From positions 1 through 38,912 of the forward strand of contig JBHLRZ010000033.1 in assembly GCA_048882045.1 (NCBI GenBank): a DNA stretch of 38,912 bases, written 5' to 3'. Positions 1 through 8,422 of the stretch are shown here, piece after piece. The notes under the pieces were generated by a model. That model was not told where the DNA came from, did not search any database, and saw only the letters and a list, made by a program, of their open reading frames with translations. This DNA is from Candidatus Thorarchaeota archaeon. GTDB lineage: Archaea; Asgardarchaeota; Thorarchaeia; Thorarchaeales; Thorarchaeaceae. How positions within the stretch are numbered: the first letter of the stretch is position 1; every line of letters starts with the position of its first letter. Both the position numbers and the translations under genes were made by a program.

Positions 1-1055
1 CTGTACTTTCAATTGATTTAGGGATTAGCAAGGCGGCTTGTTCAGTCCTTCTAACTCAGAAAGGATACAGATATGTTCAGTACTGGAAACAAGAGGATAA
101 ACTTCAGAGGATGAAAACACTTGATGAGAGAGTTGGTTCATTACAACAAGAGAAGGAACAACTCATTTCCAATGGTTTGAATTCGGATAGAGTAACTGCC
201 CATCTCAGAACTCTGAGTGGGAAAAGAGAACGTGTCAGCAGGGAATACGACAAGAAGCTGGTGAGAGATATCTCAGACTACATCAAGGAGATATCTGAGA
301 GGTACAATCTCTACGTGTCAATTGGACAATTGAGGGGTATCCGAAATGCAGCTCGAAAGGGAAACTGCAAAGGACGAAGGTATCGAGGAATAATCCATCG
401 CTGGGCCTTTGCCAGAGTCCGTGAGATGCTTGGTCATAAGCTTGCTTCACTAGGATTTGATTCTAAGAAGTTCAGAGCAGTCCCAGAGCAGTGGACCTCT
501 ATCATGTGTCACAGGTGTGGACACAAGGGACAGCGACCCAAGCAGAACCTCTTTGTCTGTACCACCTGCGGCCTGAAAATGAACGCTGACCTGAATGGCG
601 CACTCAACATAGGGAAGCGCCTTATTATGCTCATCCCCTCGCTGAGAGATGAGAACGGACTAGGGATGTGGCTCACCTCCAAAGATAGAGCCATACTGAA
701 TGCCCGGAGGAAGAAGTCTTCTTCTGATGGAAAGTCCGCACTCCCCCAGAGGACGCCAGCCTTAATGGGGGAGTCCGTGGCCGGCTCCTATGATCAGACA
801 TCACTTGTGGAGTTTATGAGGGGCAAAGACCCTGCCATGGTAAATGCTGTGGAATCACCGTCTGCCATCACACCATCTGGTGAGTGTGAGTCAAGGCAGC
901 GGACAGAAGCCAGGTCCCATCAGAGGAACAATGTTCCAGCGAAGAGGGGCAAAGCTCATGACACTTTGAAGAATCGCGGTTCTACAAATGCTGGTGACGG
1001 CAGTCGTGAGAAAGGTGGAACACAGGAGTCTCTTACAGTTCACTCACAATTGTAA
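1..1055 (+). CDS. tnpB: TnpB-family RNA-guided endonuclease (IS200/IS605/IS607 type), 5'-partial
   Basis: Frame is open from nt 3 (VLSIDLGISKAA = RuvC-I). Zn finger CHRC..CTTC, RuvC-III NADLNGALNI. RuvC-II position reads SIGQL, with a downstream VPEQWTS. About 140 aa low-complexity tail. Confidence 0.9.
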   Translation, partial: VLSIDLGISKAACSVLLTQKGYRYVQYWKQEDKLQRMKTLDERVGSLQQEKEQLISNGLNSDRVTAHLRTLSGKRERVSREYDKKLVRDISDYIKEISERYNLYVSIGQLRGIRNAARKGNCKGRRYRGIIHRWAFARVREMLGHKLASLGFDSKKFRAVPEQWTSIMCHRCGHKGQRPKQNLFVCTTCGLKMNADLNGALNIGKRLIMLIPSLRDENGLGMWLTSKDRAILNARRKKSSSDGKSALPQRTPALMGESVAGSYDQTSLVEFMRGKDPAMVNAVESPSAITPSGECESRQRTEARSHQRNNVPAKRGKAHDTLKNRGSTNAGDGSREKGGTQESLTVHSQL

Positions 1056-1075
1056 GAAGTGGGTTTTGCGAAGGT
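620..1075 (+). ncRNA. Candidate omegaRNA/reRNA overlapping the tnpB 3' end (boundaries uncertain)
   Basis: Perfect 9-bp stem ACTCCCCCA(740-748)/TGGGGGAGT(766-774); nested hairpin CTGCC..TCACAC..GTGTGA..GGCAG (862-899). TnpB guide RNAs typically overlap the gene 3' end. Confidence 0.4.
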
Positions 1076-1117
1076 TGATATGGATATAGTATTCGAGCAC
1101 TCCCAGAAGACGGTGAT

Positions 1118-2467
1118 ATGGTCTTGGTTCTAGAAGGTCTTGGCAAATCCCTAAATTCAGCCCTAAAGAGGCTCTTTGGAGCCAGCGTAATAGATGAGGA
1201 GCTAGTCAAAGAACTTGTGAAGGATATCCAACGGGCACTACTTGTTGCTGACGTAGATGTCAACCTTGTTATGGAAATCACCAAGCGAGTTCAAGAACAA
1301 GCGTTGGATGAAAAACTCCCCAGAGGAGTTTCTCGTCGCGAACACATCATCCGTGTGGTCTGGGATACACTAGCCTTCTTCCTTGGAGAGAAGACTGTAC
1401 CACTCACCATTCATCCAGGAAAACCAAACTTAGTCATGATGGTGGGTATTCAAGGTTCAGGCAAGACGACCACAATAGGGAAACTTGCGCGTTACTATCA
1501 GAAGAGAGGTATCAAGACAGGTGTGATATGTGCTGATAACTTCAGACCTGGAGCCTATAACCAGCTAAAGCAATTGGCAGAGAAGTCCAATGTACCGTTC
1601 TGGGGAGATGAGAATGAAAAGGATGCCACCAAGTTGGCTAAGGCTGGCGTCAAGGAGATGCAGAAGAAGGGCATCGAACTAATTCTCTTGGATACCTCAG
1701 GAAGACATCGGGAAGAGACCGGCCTCATCAAGGAGATGAAGGATATCTCTAAGGGCGTAAAGCCACAGGAGATCATACTGGTAATTGATGGTACTCTCGG
1801 GCAGCAAGCAGGAGTCCAAGCAGCAGCCTTCAAGAAAGCGACTGACATTGGTTCAATTATCGTAACCAAGCTTGATGGTGGTGCAAAAGGTGGTGGAGCC
1901 CTCTCTGCAGTTGCAGCTACTCAGGCACCAATCAAGTTCATCGGAGTCGGAGAAGGAATGGATGCAATCGAACCCTTCAATCCGACCAAATTCGCAGGGC
2001 GACTTCTTGGTATGTCTGATATCCGTGGACTGATTGATAAGGTCAGAGAAGCCCAGATAGAGGTAGAGGAGGACGCTGCCAAACGTATCATGAAGGGACA
2101 GTTCTCATTGAAAGACATGATGGCCCAGATGAAACAGCTGAGAAAGATGGGACCAATTGGAAAAGTAATGGAGATGCTAGGGCTCCAGTATAAGCTGCCA
2201 GAAGGAATGGCCGAGATTCAGGAAGAGAACATGAAACGATGGGAAGTGATCATGAACTCCATGACCAAGGAGGAACTGGAGGAACCCAAACTTATCAAGT
2301 CCTCCAGAATCAAGCGAATCGCTGCAGGGTCTGGAACCTCTCAGAAAGATGTCAGAGATCTTCTGAAACAGCATGACCAGATGAAGAAGATGATGAAACA
2401 GATGGGTAAGCAGCGGAGGGGTCGAAGGGGTGGTATACCAGGCATCCCTGGTCTTGAAGGACTATGA
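1118..2467 (+). CDS. srp54: Signal recognition particle protein SRP54
   Basis: GIQGSGKTTT, DTSGRH, TKLDG motifs; Met-rich M domain with SRIKRIAAGSG. Confidence 0.97.
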   Translation: MVLVLEGLGKSLNSALKRLFGASVIDEELVKELVKDIQRALLVADVDVNLVMEITKRVQEQALDEKLPRGVSRREHIIRVVWDTLAFFLGEKTVPLTIHPGKPNLVMMVGIQGSGKTTTIGKLARYYQKRGIKTGVICADNFRPGAYNQLKQLAEKSNVPFWGDENEKDATKLAKAGVKEMQKKGIELILLDTSGRHREETGLIKEMKDISKGVKPQEIILVIDGTLGQQAGVQAAAFKKATDIGSIIVTKLDGGAKGGGALSAVAATQAPIKFIGVGEGMDAIEPFNPTKFAGRLLGMSDIRGLIDKVREAQIEVEEDAAKRIMKGQFSLKDMMAQMKQLRKMGPIGKVMEMLGLQYKLPEGMAEIQEENMKRWEVIMNSMTKEELEEPKLIKSSRIKRIAAGSGTSQKDVRDLLKQHDQMKKMMKQMGKQRRGRRGGIPGIPGLEGL

Positions 2468-2485
2468 ATTCCAAAGCGATAGAAA

Positions 2486-2947
2486 GTGATGTTCGTGCGT
2501 CGGTTTCTCGTAATCTTTGAGAAGATGCCAATAGATAGGGCATCTGTCAAGTCTGGACAAAATGGTACAGAGGTTGTCACAGCTTGTCGATGTGTAAACA
2601 TCGGTTTGTTTGTATCAGGGGATATACGCCGAGATGTGATTGTTTCACTCGGGATTGGACCACTTGATGATCTGAGGATGATTTCATTTCCAGGACCCAC
2701 GCTCAAGAGGGTTTCACCTGATGAGAGGTCAATTTCGTTCTTTTTGCTCAAGGCATCCGAAATACTTGAGAGTCTTGAAGATGGAGAGTTGTTTACTATG
2801 GACAATGGAATCGAACTGACACGTTCCTCATTGGATGCATTCACTGAGTTATGGGGGGAAGAAGTTATTCAAGTTCCTTCATCAAATCCAGAACGGTTTA
2901 TTCTTGACGAAAATCTGGCTGCAGATAGATTGGAAGAAGCATCATGA
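2486..2947 (+). CDS. trmY: TrmY-like tRNA pseudouridine-54 N1-methyltransferase homolog, shortened
   Basis: RRFLV, CRCV..GLFVSGDIRRDV and PDERS motifs; only 153 aa. Confidence 0.65.
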   Translation: MMFVRRFLVIFEKMPIDRASVKSGQNGTEVVTACRCVNIGLFVSGDIRRDVIVSLGIGPLDDLRMISFPGPTLKRVSPDERSISFFLLKASEILESLEDGELFTMDNGIELTRSSLDAFTELWGEEVIQVPSSNPERFILDENLAADRLEEAS

Positions 2948-3009
2948 AGAAAGCTTCATAAAATCATAATCGAGGCTAGTTATGGAACCAAAAGTAGAGA
3001 GTAATCAAT

Positions 3010-4185
3010 TTGCCAACCAATGTAACTCCTGAGTTCGATAGGCAACGAATCATATACGAAGAGACCGAAGATCTTGCTCAGCGAATAGTAGAGTTGGAAA
3101 AACTCCTCTCCTTGGCACCGAGGCACAAGGGGGGAGAGAGGATGGTTGGAGACTATCGAAAGAAACTGGCCACACTAAAAGCCCAGCTGGAGAAAAAGAG
3201 AGAACAGGACAGAGCCCGCAAAAGTGGCGGTGCTGAAGAGGGTGTGGTTAGAAAGGAGGGCGCAGGACAGATCTGTCTTATCGGTGTCACAAATAGTGGA
3301 AAGTCCTCGATTATCAATGCAGTCACGAATGCAGAATTCGATGTGGGAAACTATCCTTTCACAACACCAATCCCGACACCAGCGATGTTAACATTGGAGG
3401 ATATCAATATCCAGCTTGTTGAACTCCCAGGGATATTCAAAGGGAGTCATGAGTCTGGAATTGGGAGACAGTCTCTTGCTGTGGCTCGAAACACAGATTG
3501 TATCGCCCTTGTGATAGACCTCTCTCAAGATATTGATACTCAGATGAACATCATCCTTGGTGAGCTTGACAAAGCCCGAATCCGTCTCAACAAAGAAAAA
3601 TCAGCCATTAGGATTGAAAGGGTTGGTCTAGGCGGACAGATGATCTATGGAATTCAGAACTATCAGGGAGACATTGATGAAGTTCGTGAGTATCTGAAGG
3701 CTCGACGGATCACGAACATCATTGTACGATTTCAGAAACCAGCAACCTTCGATCAGCTGGTAGATGCTATGGACGCAAGCGTGGCCTATGTACGTGCCAT
3801 TGTTGTTGCTACTAAAGGTGACACTCAGGGCTCCGAGGCAAGGTTCAAAGAACTGGAGAATAAGTACGGTGATAGGTTCGACATCATTCCTGTTTCAGTA
3901 GAAGCCAATGAGAACCTCGATGGGATGAGTTGGGCATTCTATGAACACTTAGATATCTTGAGGGTTTACACGAAGATACCTGGAAAAAAACGAGAGAACA
4001 AACCGATAGTACTTCCAGAGGGCTCAGTGGTAGAGGATGCTGCACGAAAGATTCACAAAGAGTTGTTCGTTGAACGATTCCGATCTGCAGTGATTATAAG
4101 GGAGAACGATAAAATAAAGCGGAGGACCGTAGGTCTCAACTACCCACTCGAGGAAGGGGATGTCTTACAGTTGGCACATAGGTAA
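3010..4185 (+). CDS. DRG/OBG-family GTPase with TGS domain
   Basis: GVTNSGKSS, YPFTT, LVELPG, TKGD; C-terminal RVYTK...LEEGDVL TGS domain. Confidence 0.92.
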   Translation: MPTNVTPEFDRQRIIYEETEDLAQRIVELEKLLSLAPRHKGGERMVGDYRKKLATLKAQLEKKREQDRARKSGGAEEGVVRKEGAGQICLIGVTNSGKSSIINAVTNAEFDVGNYPFTTPIPTPAMLTLEDINIQLVELPGIFKGSHESGIGRQSLAVARNTDCIALVIDLSQDIDTQMNIILGELDKARIRLNKEKSAIRIERVGLGGQMIYGIQNYQGDIDEVREYLKARRITNIIVRFQKPATFDQLVDAMDASVAYVRAIVVATKGDTQGSEARFKELENKYGDRFDIIPVSVEANENLDGMSWAFYEHLDILRVYTKIPGKKRENKPIVLPEGSVVEDAARKIHKELFVERFRSAVIIRENDKIKRRTVGLNYPLEEGDVLQLAHR

Positions 4186-4189
4186 GGGA

Positions 4190-4933
4190 TTGTCCTTGGT
4201 TGAGTTTCCGAACATAGTTATTGTGCTTGTTGATCCTGAGAATCCAGGGAACGTAGGTTTTGTGACAAGAGCACTTGCTAACTTTGGAGTACAGGAACTG
4301 CGAGTAGTGGGGGAGGATATCAGAGAAGACCAGTATGCACAGATGTTCTCAGTACGCGCACATCACATTCTAGACAATGCACGTTTCTATGATGAACTGG
4401 GTGATGTACTCTTAGATATAGATGCGGCATGGGCGGCTACAGCCAGGTCTGGAAGAAACCACAGTGTAACGAGAGCCACAGTTCCCCTCACTGAACTACC
4501 AGATCCAACCTCTCTCGTAGGGAAGGTAGCTATTATCTTCGGGAGAGAGAGTACAGGATTGTTCAATGATGAAATAGAACTCTGTGACCTTGCTTTCACA
4601 ATACCCACATCGGAGGAGTATCCCAGTCTCAACCTGAGCCATGCTGTGTCAATAACTCTCTATCATCTCTTTGCAAAATATGCTCCGGAGGAGCCACGGA
4701 AACCCTCTGAGGCAAGAGCAGCAACTTGGAAAGAGCGGGAGCAGGTTTACAGGTTCTTTGACGAAGTTGTCGACCAATTAAATCTCAAGGAGTTTCGTGT
4801 TCCCATAGCCAAGCAGGTCTTTCGAAACCTTCTCGGACGTGCATACATGACTGGAAGGGAGGTTTCAACACTGACTGGTGTTGTGAGACGAATCAATGAG
4901 CTAGTGTACGACAAGAAGGTAATTGATGACTAG
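4190..4933 (+). CDS. trmJ: TrmJ-family SPOUT tRNA 2'-O-methyltransferase (start approximate)
   Basis: VLVDPENPGNVG..RA, FGRESTGL, YPSLNLSHAV. Confidence 0.9.
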   Translation: MSLVEFPNIVIVLVDPENPGNVGFVTRALANFGVQELRVVGEDIREDQYAQMFSVRAHHILDNARFYDELGDVLLDIDAAWAATARSGRNHSVTRATVPLTELPDPTSLVGKVAIIFGRESTGLFNDEIELCDLAFTIPTSEEYPSLNLSHAVSITLYHLFAKYAPEEPRKPSEARAATWKEREQVYRFFDEVVDQLNLKEFRVPIAKQVFRNLLGRAYMTGREVSTLTGVVRRINELVYDKKVIDD

Positions 4934-5469
4934 ATTCCGTATCCCATTTTACGCTTGACGTCTGGGTCAATCTTGTCAAAGACTATCTTGCATGGAGTGG
5001 GCATTTTTGGTGCAGCCTTCTTTAATGCCTGCATTGCAGGTTTAATGTGTCTGTTGTTGACGCGAATTGTAATCAAGGGCTGTCCTGGTCTCACTCTTGC
5101 GGCAATACCAATCACCTTGCCCCAAGCCTTTCGCATTCCATCCTGTACACGGTCTGCTCCAGCTCCGGAGATCATCTTATTTTCTCTGAGGTAGTGATAC
5201 GGCTTAATTCGAATCCTCAGATGATAGTTCTGTCGACCCACCTTCTTGGTCATATCCCTATTAGAAGCAACTCGTGCAGCTTCGAGGGCTTGGTGCCTGA
5301 TTTGGCATCTCTCAAGACCAACAAGTGAGAGTTCGACCTCAAAATCACCACTAGTGTTACCCATGTCAAAGCTCACTATACGGCTGGCTGGTTGACGATG
5401 GATGTACTTCTTTCGTACGAATGGAGGGCGGTCGCATTCTCGATAACACTGTCCAGGTCGTTTACCCAT
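4930..5469 (-). CDS. rpl10e: 50S ribosomal protein uL16 (L10e)
   Basis: MGKRPGQCYR, ALEAARV, RENKMISGAGADRVQDGMRKAWGK; AGGTGA Shine-Dalgarno before ATG at 5469. Confidence 0.97.
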   Translation of the reverse strand: MGKRPGQCYRECDRPPFVRKKYIHRQPASRIVSFDMGNTSGDFEVELSLVGLERCQIRHQALEAARVASNRDMTKKVGRQNYHLRIRIKPYHYLRENKMISGAGADRVQDGMRKAWGKVIGIAARVRPGQPLITIRVNNRHIKPAMQALKKAAPKMPTPCKIVFDKIDPDVKRKMGYGI

Positions 5470-5539
5470 GATAATCACCTAGTTGGTCTTGTAGCCTGCT
5501 CACTGAGCAGAACTAGCCGAACCCGCGAGGATTTCAATA

Positions 5540-5560
5540 AAAGGATTATGGACTGTCTAT
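5540..5560 (+). repeat. Boundary motif copy 1, AAAGGATTATGGACTGTCTAT
   Basis: 21/21 identical to 8399-8419. Confidence 0.9.
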
Positions 5561-5564
5561 TGAA

Positions 5565-6485
5565 TCAAGAACTGTATTTTCTAAGCAACTCCCTGAAATC
5601 AGAATCATGCTGCAGACCCATAAACTCAGCTGACGAGAGGACTCTATTTAGAATGCTGCGATCATACGCGATTGCCTCATCGAGAGCTAGAATGGCTTTT
5701 CGCGTTTGTCCAAGGGCGTATAGTGCACGAGCCATATAGAAATATGCCATTGGACTTTGATCAATCTCAAGACTCTTCTGAAACTTCTCAAGAGCCTCAT
5801 CATATCTTCTAACCTGAAGCAAACGGTCACCATAGTATATCCACCCTTTTGCGTCATCTGGTTTGATTTCTGTGCTTTTTTCTAGAAGTCCCAATGCTTC
5901 CTCAGTCCTACCTTGACTAAACAGAAGTGTACCTAGTGCTACATACGGAAAATGTGTTTCTGGATGAATCTGAATAATCCGCTCGTAGATGGATTGAGCT
6001 TCATCAAACCTCTCTAGTTGAAGAAGACAATGTGCTCTAATTTGCATGACATTGGGATTATCAGGTTTATTCCTTTCTGCAATATCCAATGCTCTCAGAC
6101 AGTAAGTGTATTCCTCACATTTCACTAAATAGTCAGCCAGCTGCAAGGCATCTGTACCTCTTTGTAGAACGAGTGAAACCATCGCTGCTCGAATTGTAGC
6201 TGCATTTTGATAGAATGTACTAACGTTGTCCAAAGCAGCTGCCTTCTGAAATGCCCCCAGAGCCTCATCCATGAGTACAAGGTGCCGATAGACCATTCCT
6301 AAATGATACCAAATGTACCAGTTGTCTGGATGTTTTTCACTGGCTTTAACAAGTTCTTTTATTGCGTCATCATACTTCTCCTTTCGGATTAGTTTGACTC
6401 CACGTTTGGCACGCTTGTCCTTCTCACCTTCTTTCAGGAATTGCTCTTGCGTTTCCTCGGTGACAGTCATTGAATCTTCATTCAT
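5565..6485 (-). CDS. Tetratricopeptide repeat protein
   Basis: Multiple TPR units (WYHLGMVY..EALGAFQKA, YVALGTLL..GRTEEAL, AYFYMARALY). Confidence 0.9.
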   Translation of the reverse strand: MNEDSMTVTEETQEQFLKEGEKDKRAKRGVKLIRKEKYDDAIKELVKASEKHPDNWYIWYHLGMVYRHLVLMDEALGAFQKAAALDNVSTFYQNAATIRAAMVSLVLQRGTDALQLADYLVKCEEYTYCLRALDIAERNKPDNPNVMQIRAHCLLQLERFDEAQSIYERIIQIHPETHFPYVALGTLLFSQGRTEEALGLLEKSTEIKPDDAKGWIYYGDRLLQVRRYDEALEKFQKSLEIDQSPMAYFYMARALYALGQTRKAILALDEAIAYDRSILNRVLSSAEFMGLQHDSDFRELLRKYSS

Positions 6486-6561
6486 GCTATAATCACCCTC
6501 TCAACTTACAAGCTACCCTTGGATTTAAAGAAGTCTAGAGTAATGCTTTGGTAGTTAGGTG

Positions 6562-6577
6562 AAAGGATTATGGACTG
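6562..6577 (+). repeat. Boundary motif copy 2, AAAGGATTATGGACTG
   Basis: 16/16 identical to the first 16 nt of copies 1 and 3. Confidence 0.85.
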
Positions 6578-6641
6578 GATATGTCTTTTATGCACAATGT
6601 AAGTAGACAGTAGAGTACATTGCTTAACAGTAGTTGAATTG

Positions 6642-6685
6642 ATAGATGAGTTTGGGTAGGTTAATAGATGAGTCTGGGTAGGTCA
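6642..6685 (+). repeat. 22-bp tandem duplication ATAGATGAGTYTGGGTAGGTYA x2
   Basis: 6642-6663 and 6664-6685 differ at 2 positions. Confidence 0.9.
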
Positions 6686-6719
6686 ATGTTTTTCTGACAA
6701 TGTTCATACATTGTAACGG

Positions 6720-7184
6720 GTGGAATCTTTGGATCGAGGGGACTATTGGATTCCAATAATCGTCTGTGTTAGTCTAGTTTCACCGATAGCTTGGGTTGAA
6801 TACCTCGACATGTTCATGGAAGCCTCGATGAGATATCTGGCATTTCCTTGGTTTGTCTATAGCCCAATAACTGGAAACGTTACACCACTCATATTTCATC
6901 CTCAACCATTTCATCCATCAGTTGTCTGGGTAGGAATTCTCTGGAGTGTCTTGGGGCTGCTTCTTATCCCGATATTGAGGTCAGGATTTCAGAGGTCCTT
7001 ATGGGGATTCACTCTTTTAGGAGGATTCCTTGTTTTCACACTTCAGAATACGATTGTCATGTTTGGATTCTTCCCAACTATAGACTTCGTCTTTGTCGAG
7101 ATACTCCCAATACCGACCCCAGCTCTCATCGCATTCATCATCATTTTTGAGAAATACTATCGAAACAGAAGGAGCAATGTATGA
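6720..7184 (+). CDS. Hypothetical multi-pass membrane protein (family A)
   Basis: Hydrophobic segments; FPWFVY and LPIPTP shared with 9154-9606. Confidence 0.7.
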   Translation: MESLDRGDYWIPIIVCVSLVSPIAWVEYLDMFMEASMRYLAFPWFVYSPITGNVTPLIFHPQPFHPSVVWVGILWSVLGLLLIPILRSGFQRSLWGFTLLGGFLVFTLQNTIVMFGFFPTIDFVFVEILPIPTPALIAFIIIFEKYYRNRRSNV

Positions 7185-7624
7185 TTATTGTTACAGTTGT
7201 CGCACTGGTATCATGGGGGATATTCAAACGTTATGGGAAGCAAAATTCAATTGCGAGTCTTCTCATAGTTTCAGCTTTAATTTCGTTTATCGTCATTATC
7301 AATGTTAGGACTGCAGGAGTGTTCAGAGAGGAAATATCACCAGACTATGATATTGTCCACAATAACAGCGTTGCATTGTTCCCCTTTGTGGTTCAGAAGC
7401 ACCATAACTGGTCATCGCAGGAGTACTTCTATCAGGTTTGTCTACTAAGTCAAGATGGAATTATTGTGTATGAGGAAGGTCCGAGTCCCGATCAGAGTGA
7501 GTTCATGCATTGGTCCCTATTTTTGATTTCTGCGACTCTCTGTGGGCTAGGATTCTTTCTTGCCGTGTGGATGATTATCGTTGCTGAATTGATATGGTGG
7601 TATCGATTACAAGGGAGTGGTTGA
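7181..7624 (+). CDS. Hypothetical membrane protein (family B)
   Basis: TM helices around a loop FPFVVQKHHN..FYQV..DQSEFMH, shared with 9585-10370. Confidence 0.7.
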   Translation: MIIVTVVALVSWGIFKRYGKQNSIASLLIVSALISFIVIINVRTAGVFREEISPDYDIVHNNSVALFPFVVQKHHNWSSQEYFYQVCLLSQDGIIVYEEGPSPDQSEFMHWSLFLISATLCGLGFFLAVWMIIVAELIWWYRLQGSG

Positions 7625-7761
7625 AATCATATACCATCAGTAGGGACTGTCTGTGTGAATTGAGAGCCACTACTTGATCAAGATGGCAGGACAAATTTAT
7701 ACACGCTCTTGCGTCAATGGTCTTGAAGGACTTTTGTCAAATTTCTATACTGGAATGTCAA

Positions 7762-8343
7762 ATGAAGAGGGTGAAGATAGTCTTATTCGCAGTCATTGGC
7801 ATTATACTCACTTCCATGACGGTATACGACCTACTTCCATATCGAGAAAGAAACTATGTCACGCACGCCGGTTCAACATCACAGTCCTTTGACCTGGTCT
7901 TCAACTCTACATATCCGTGGATTGAGATTAGTGTGGATCCATTCATCGACATTCAGGATCCATTCCCGGATACAATCAATACTCTCTTGTTTTCAGCAAG
8001 TATCAACGTGTCATATCACATATCCAGTTCTGAGTGGACTGCTTCCCTATACTCCCCTTTAGGTTATGTTGACTGCAATACAACAGAAACCTATCATAAC
8101 GCGGATTGGGGGAACAACCAACGTTGGTTCCAATTCTATAACAATAATAGAACTGACTTCGCCTTTTTCTTCACGTACACTGCAAACTATAGTTTAGAAA
8201 TGATATACACACGACCACCCAAGACCTATGCGTGGGAAACTTTACGCTCATTCCTTACAACAGAGGGGGTCATCTTTGCATGCGTGGTCCTTATTGCATC
8301 AATATTGGTTTATGTAAGTGTCAAAATTGCAAGAGATTCCTGA
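7762..8343 (+). CDS. Hypothetical surface protein with N- and C-terminal TM helices (family C)
   Basis: MKRVKI start, GSTSQSFDLVFNST, DIQDPF, PKTYAW; paralog of 11075-11668. Confidence 0.78.
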   Translation: MKRVKIVLFAVIGIILTSMTVYDLLPYRERNYVTHAGSTSQSFDLVFNSTYPWIEISVDPFIDIQDPFPDTINTLLFSASINVSYHISSSEWTASLYSPLGYVDCNTTETYHNADWGNNQRWFQFYNNNRTDFAFFFTYTANYSLEMIYTRPPKTYAWETLRSFLTTEGVIFACVVLIASILVYVSVKIARDS

Positions 8344-8398
8344 ACCTCAATCACTTGTCGATTTTGATAAATTATAATCCCCTGACCTTGGTACGCTC

Positions 8399-8419
8399 AA
8401 AGGATTATGGACTGTCTAT
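8399..8419 (+). repeat. Boundary motif copy 3, AAAGGATTATGGACTGTCTAT
   Basis: Identical to 5540-5560; lies between converging gene ends. Confidence 0.9.
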
Positions 8420-8422
8420 ATG

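Noticed and set aside
1056-1100. TnpB guide matching the boundary motif (AAGGTTGATATGGA)
   Set aside because: Only a gapped short resemblance; no evidence that TnpB targets these sites.
6642-6685. CRISPR array
   Set aside because: Two abutting units with no spacer, and no cas genes in the window.
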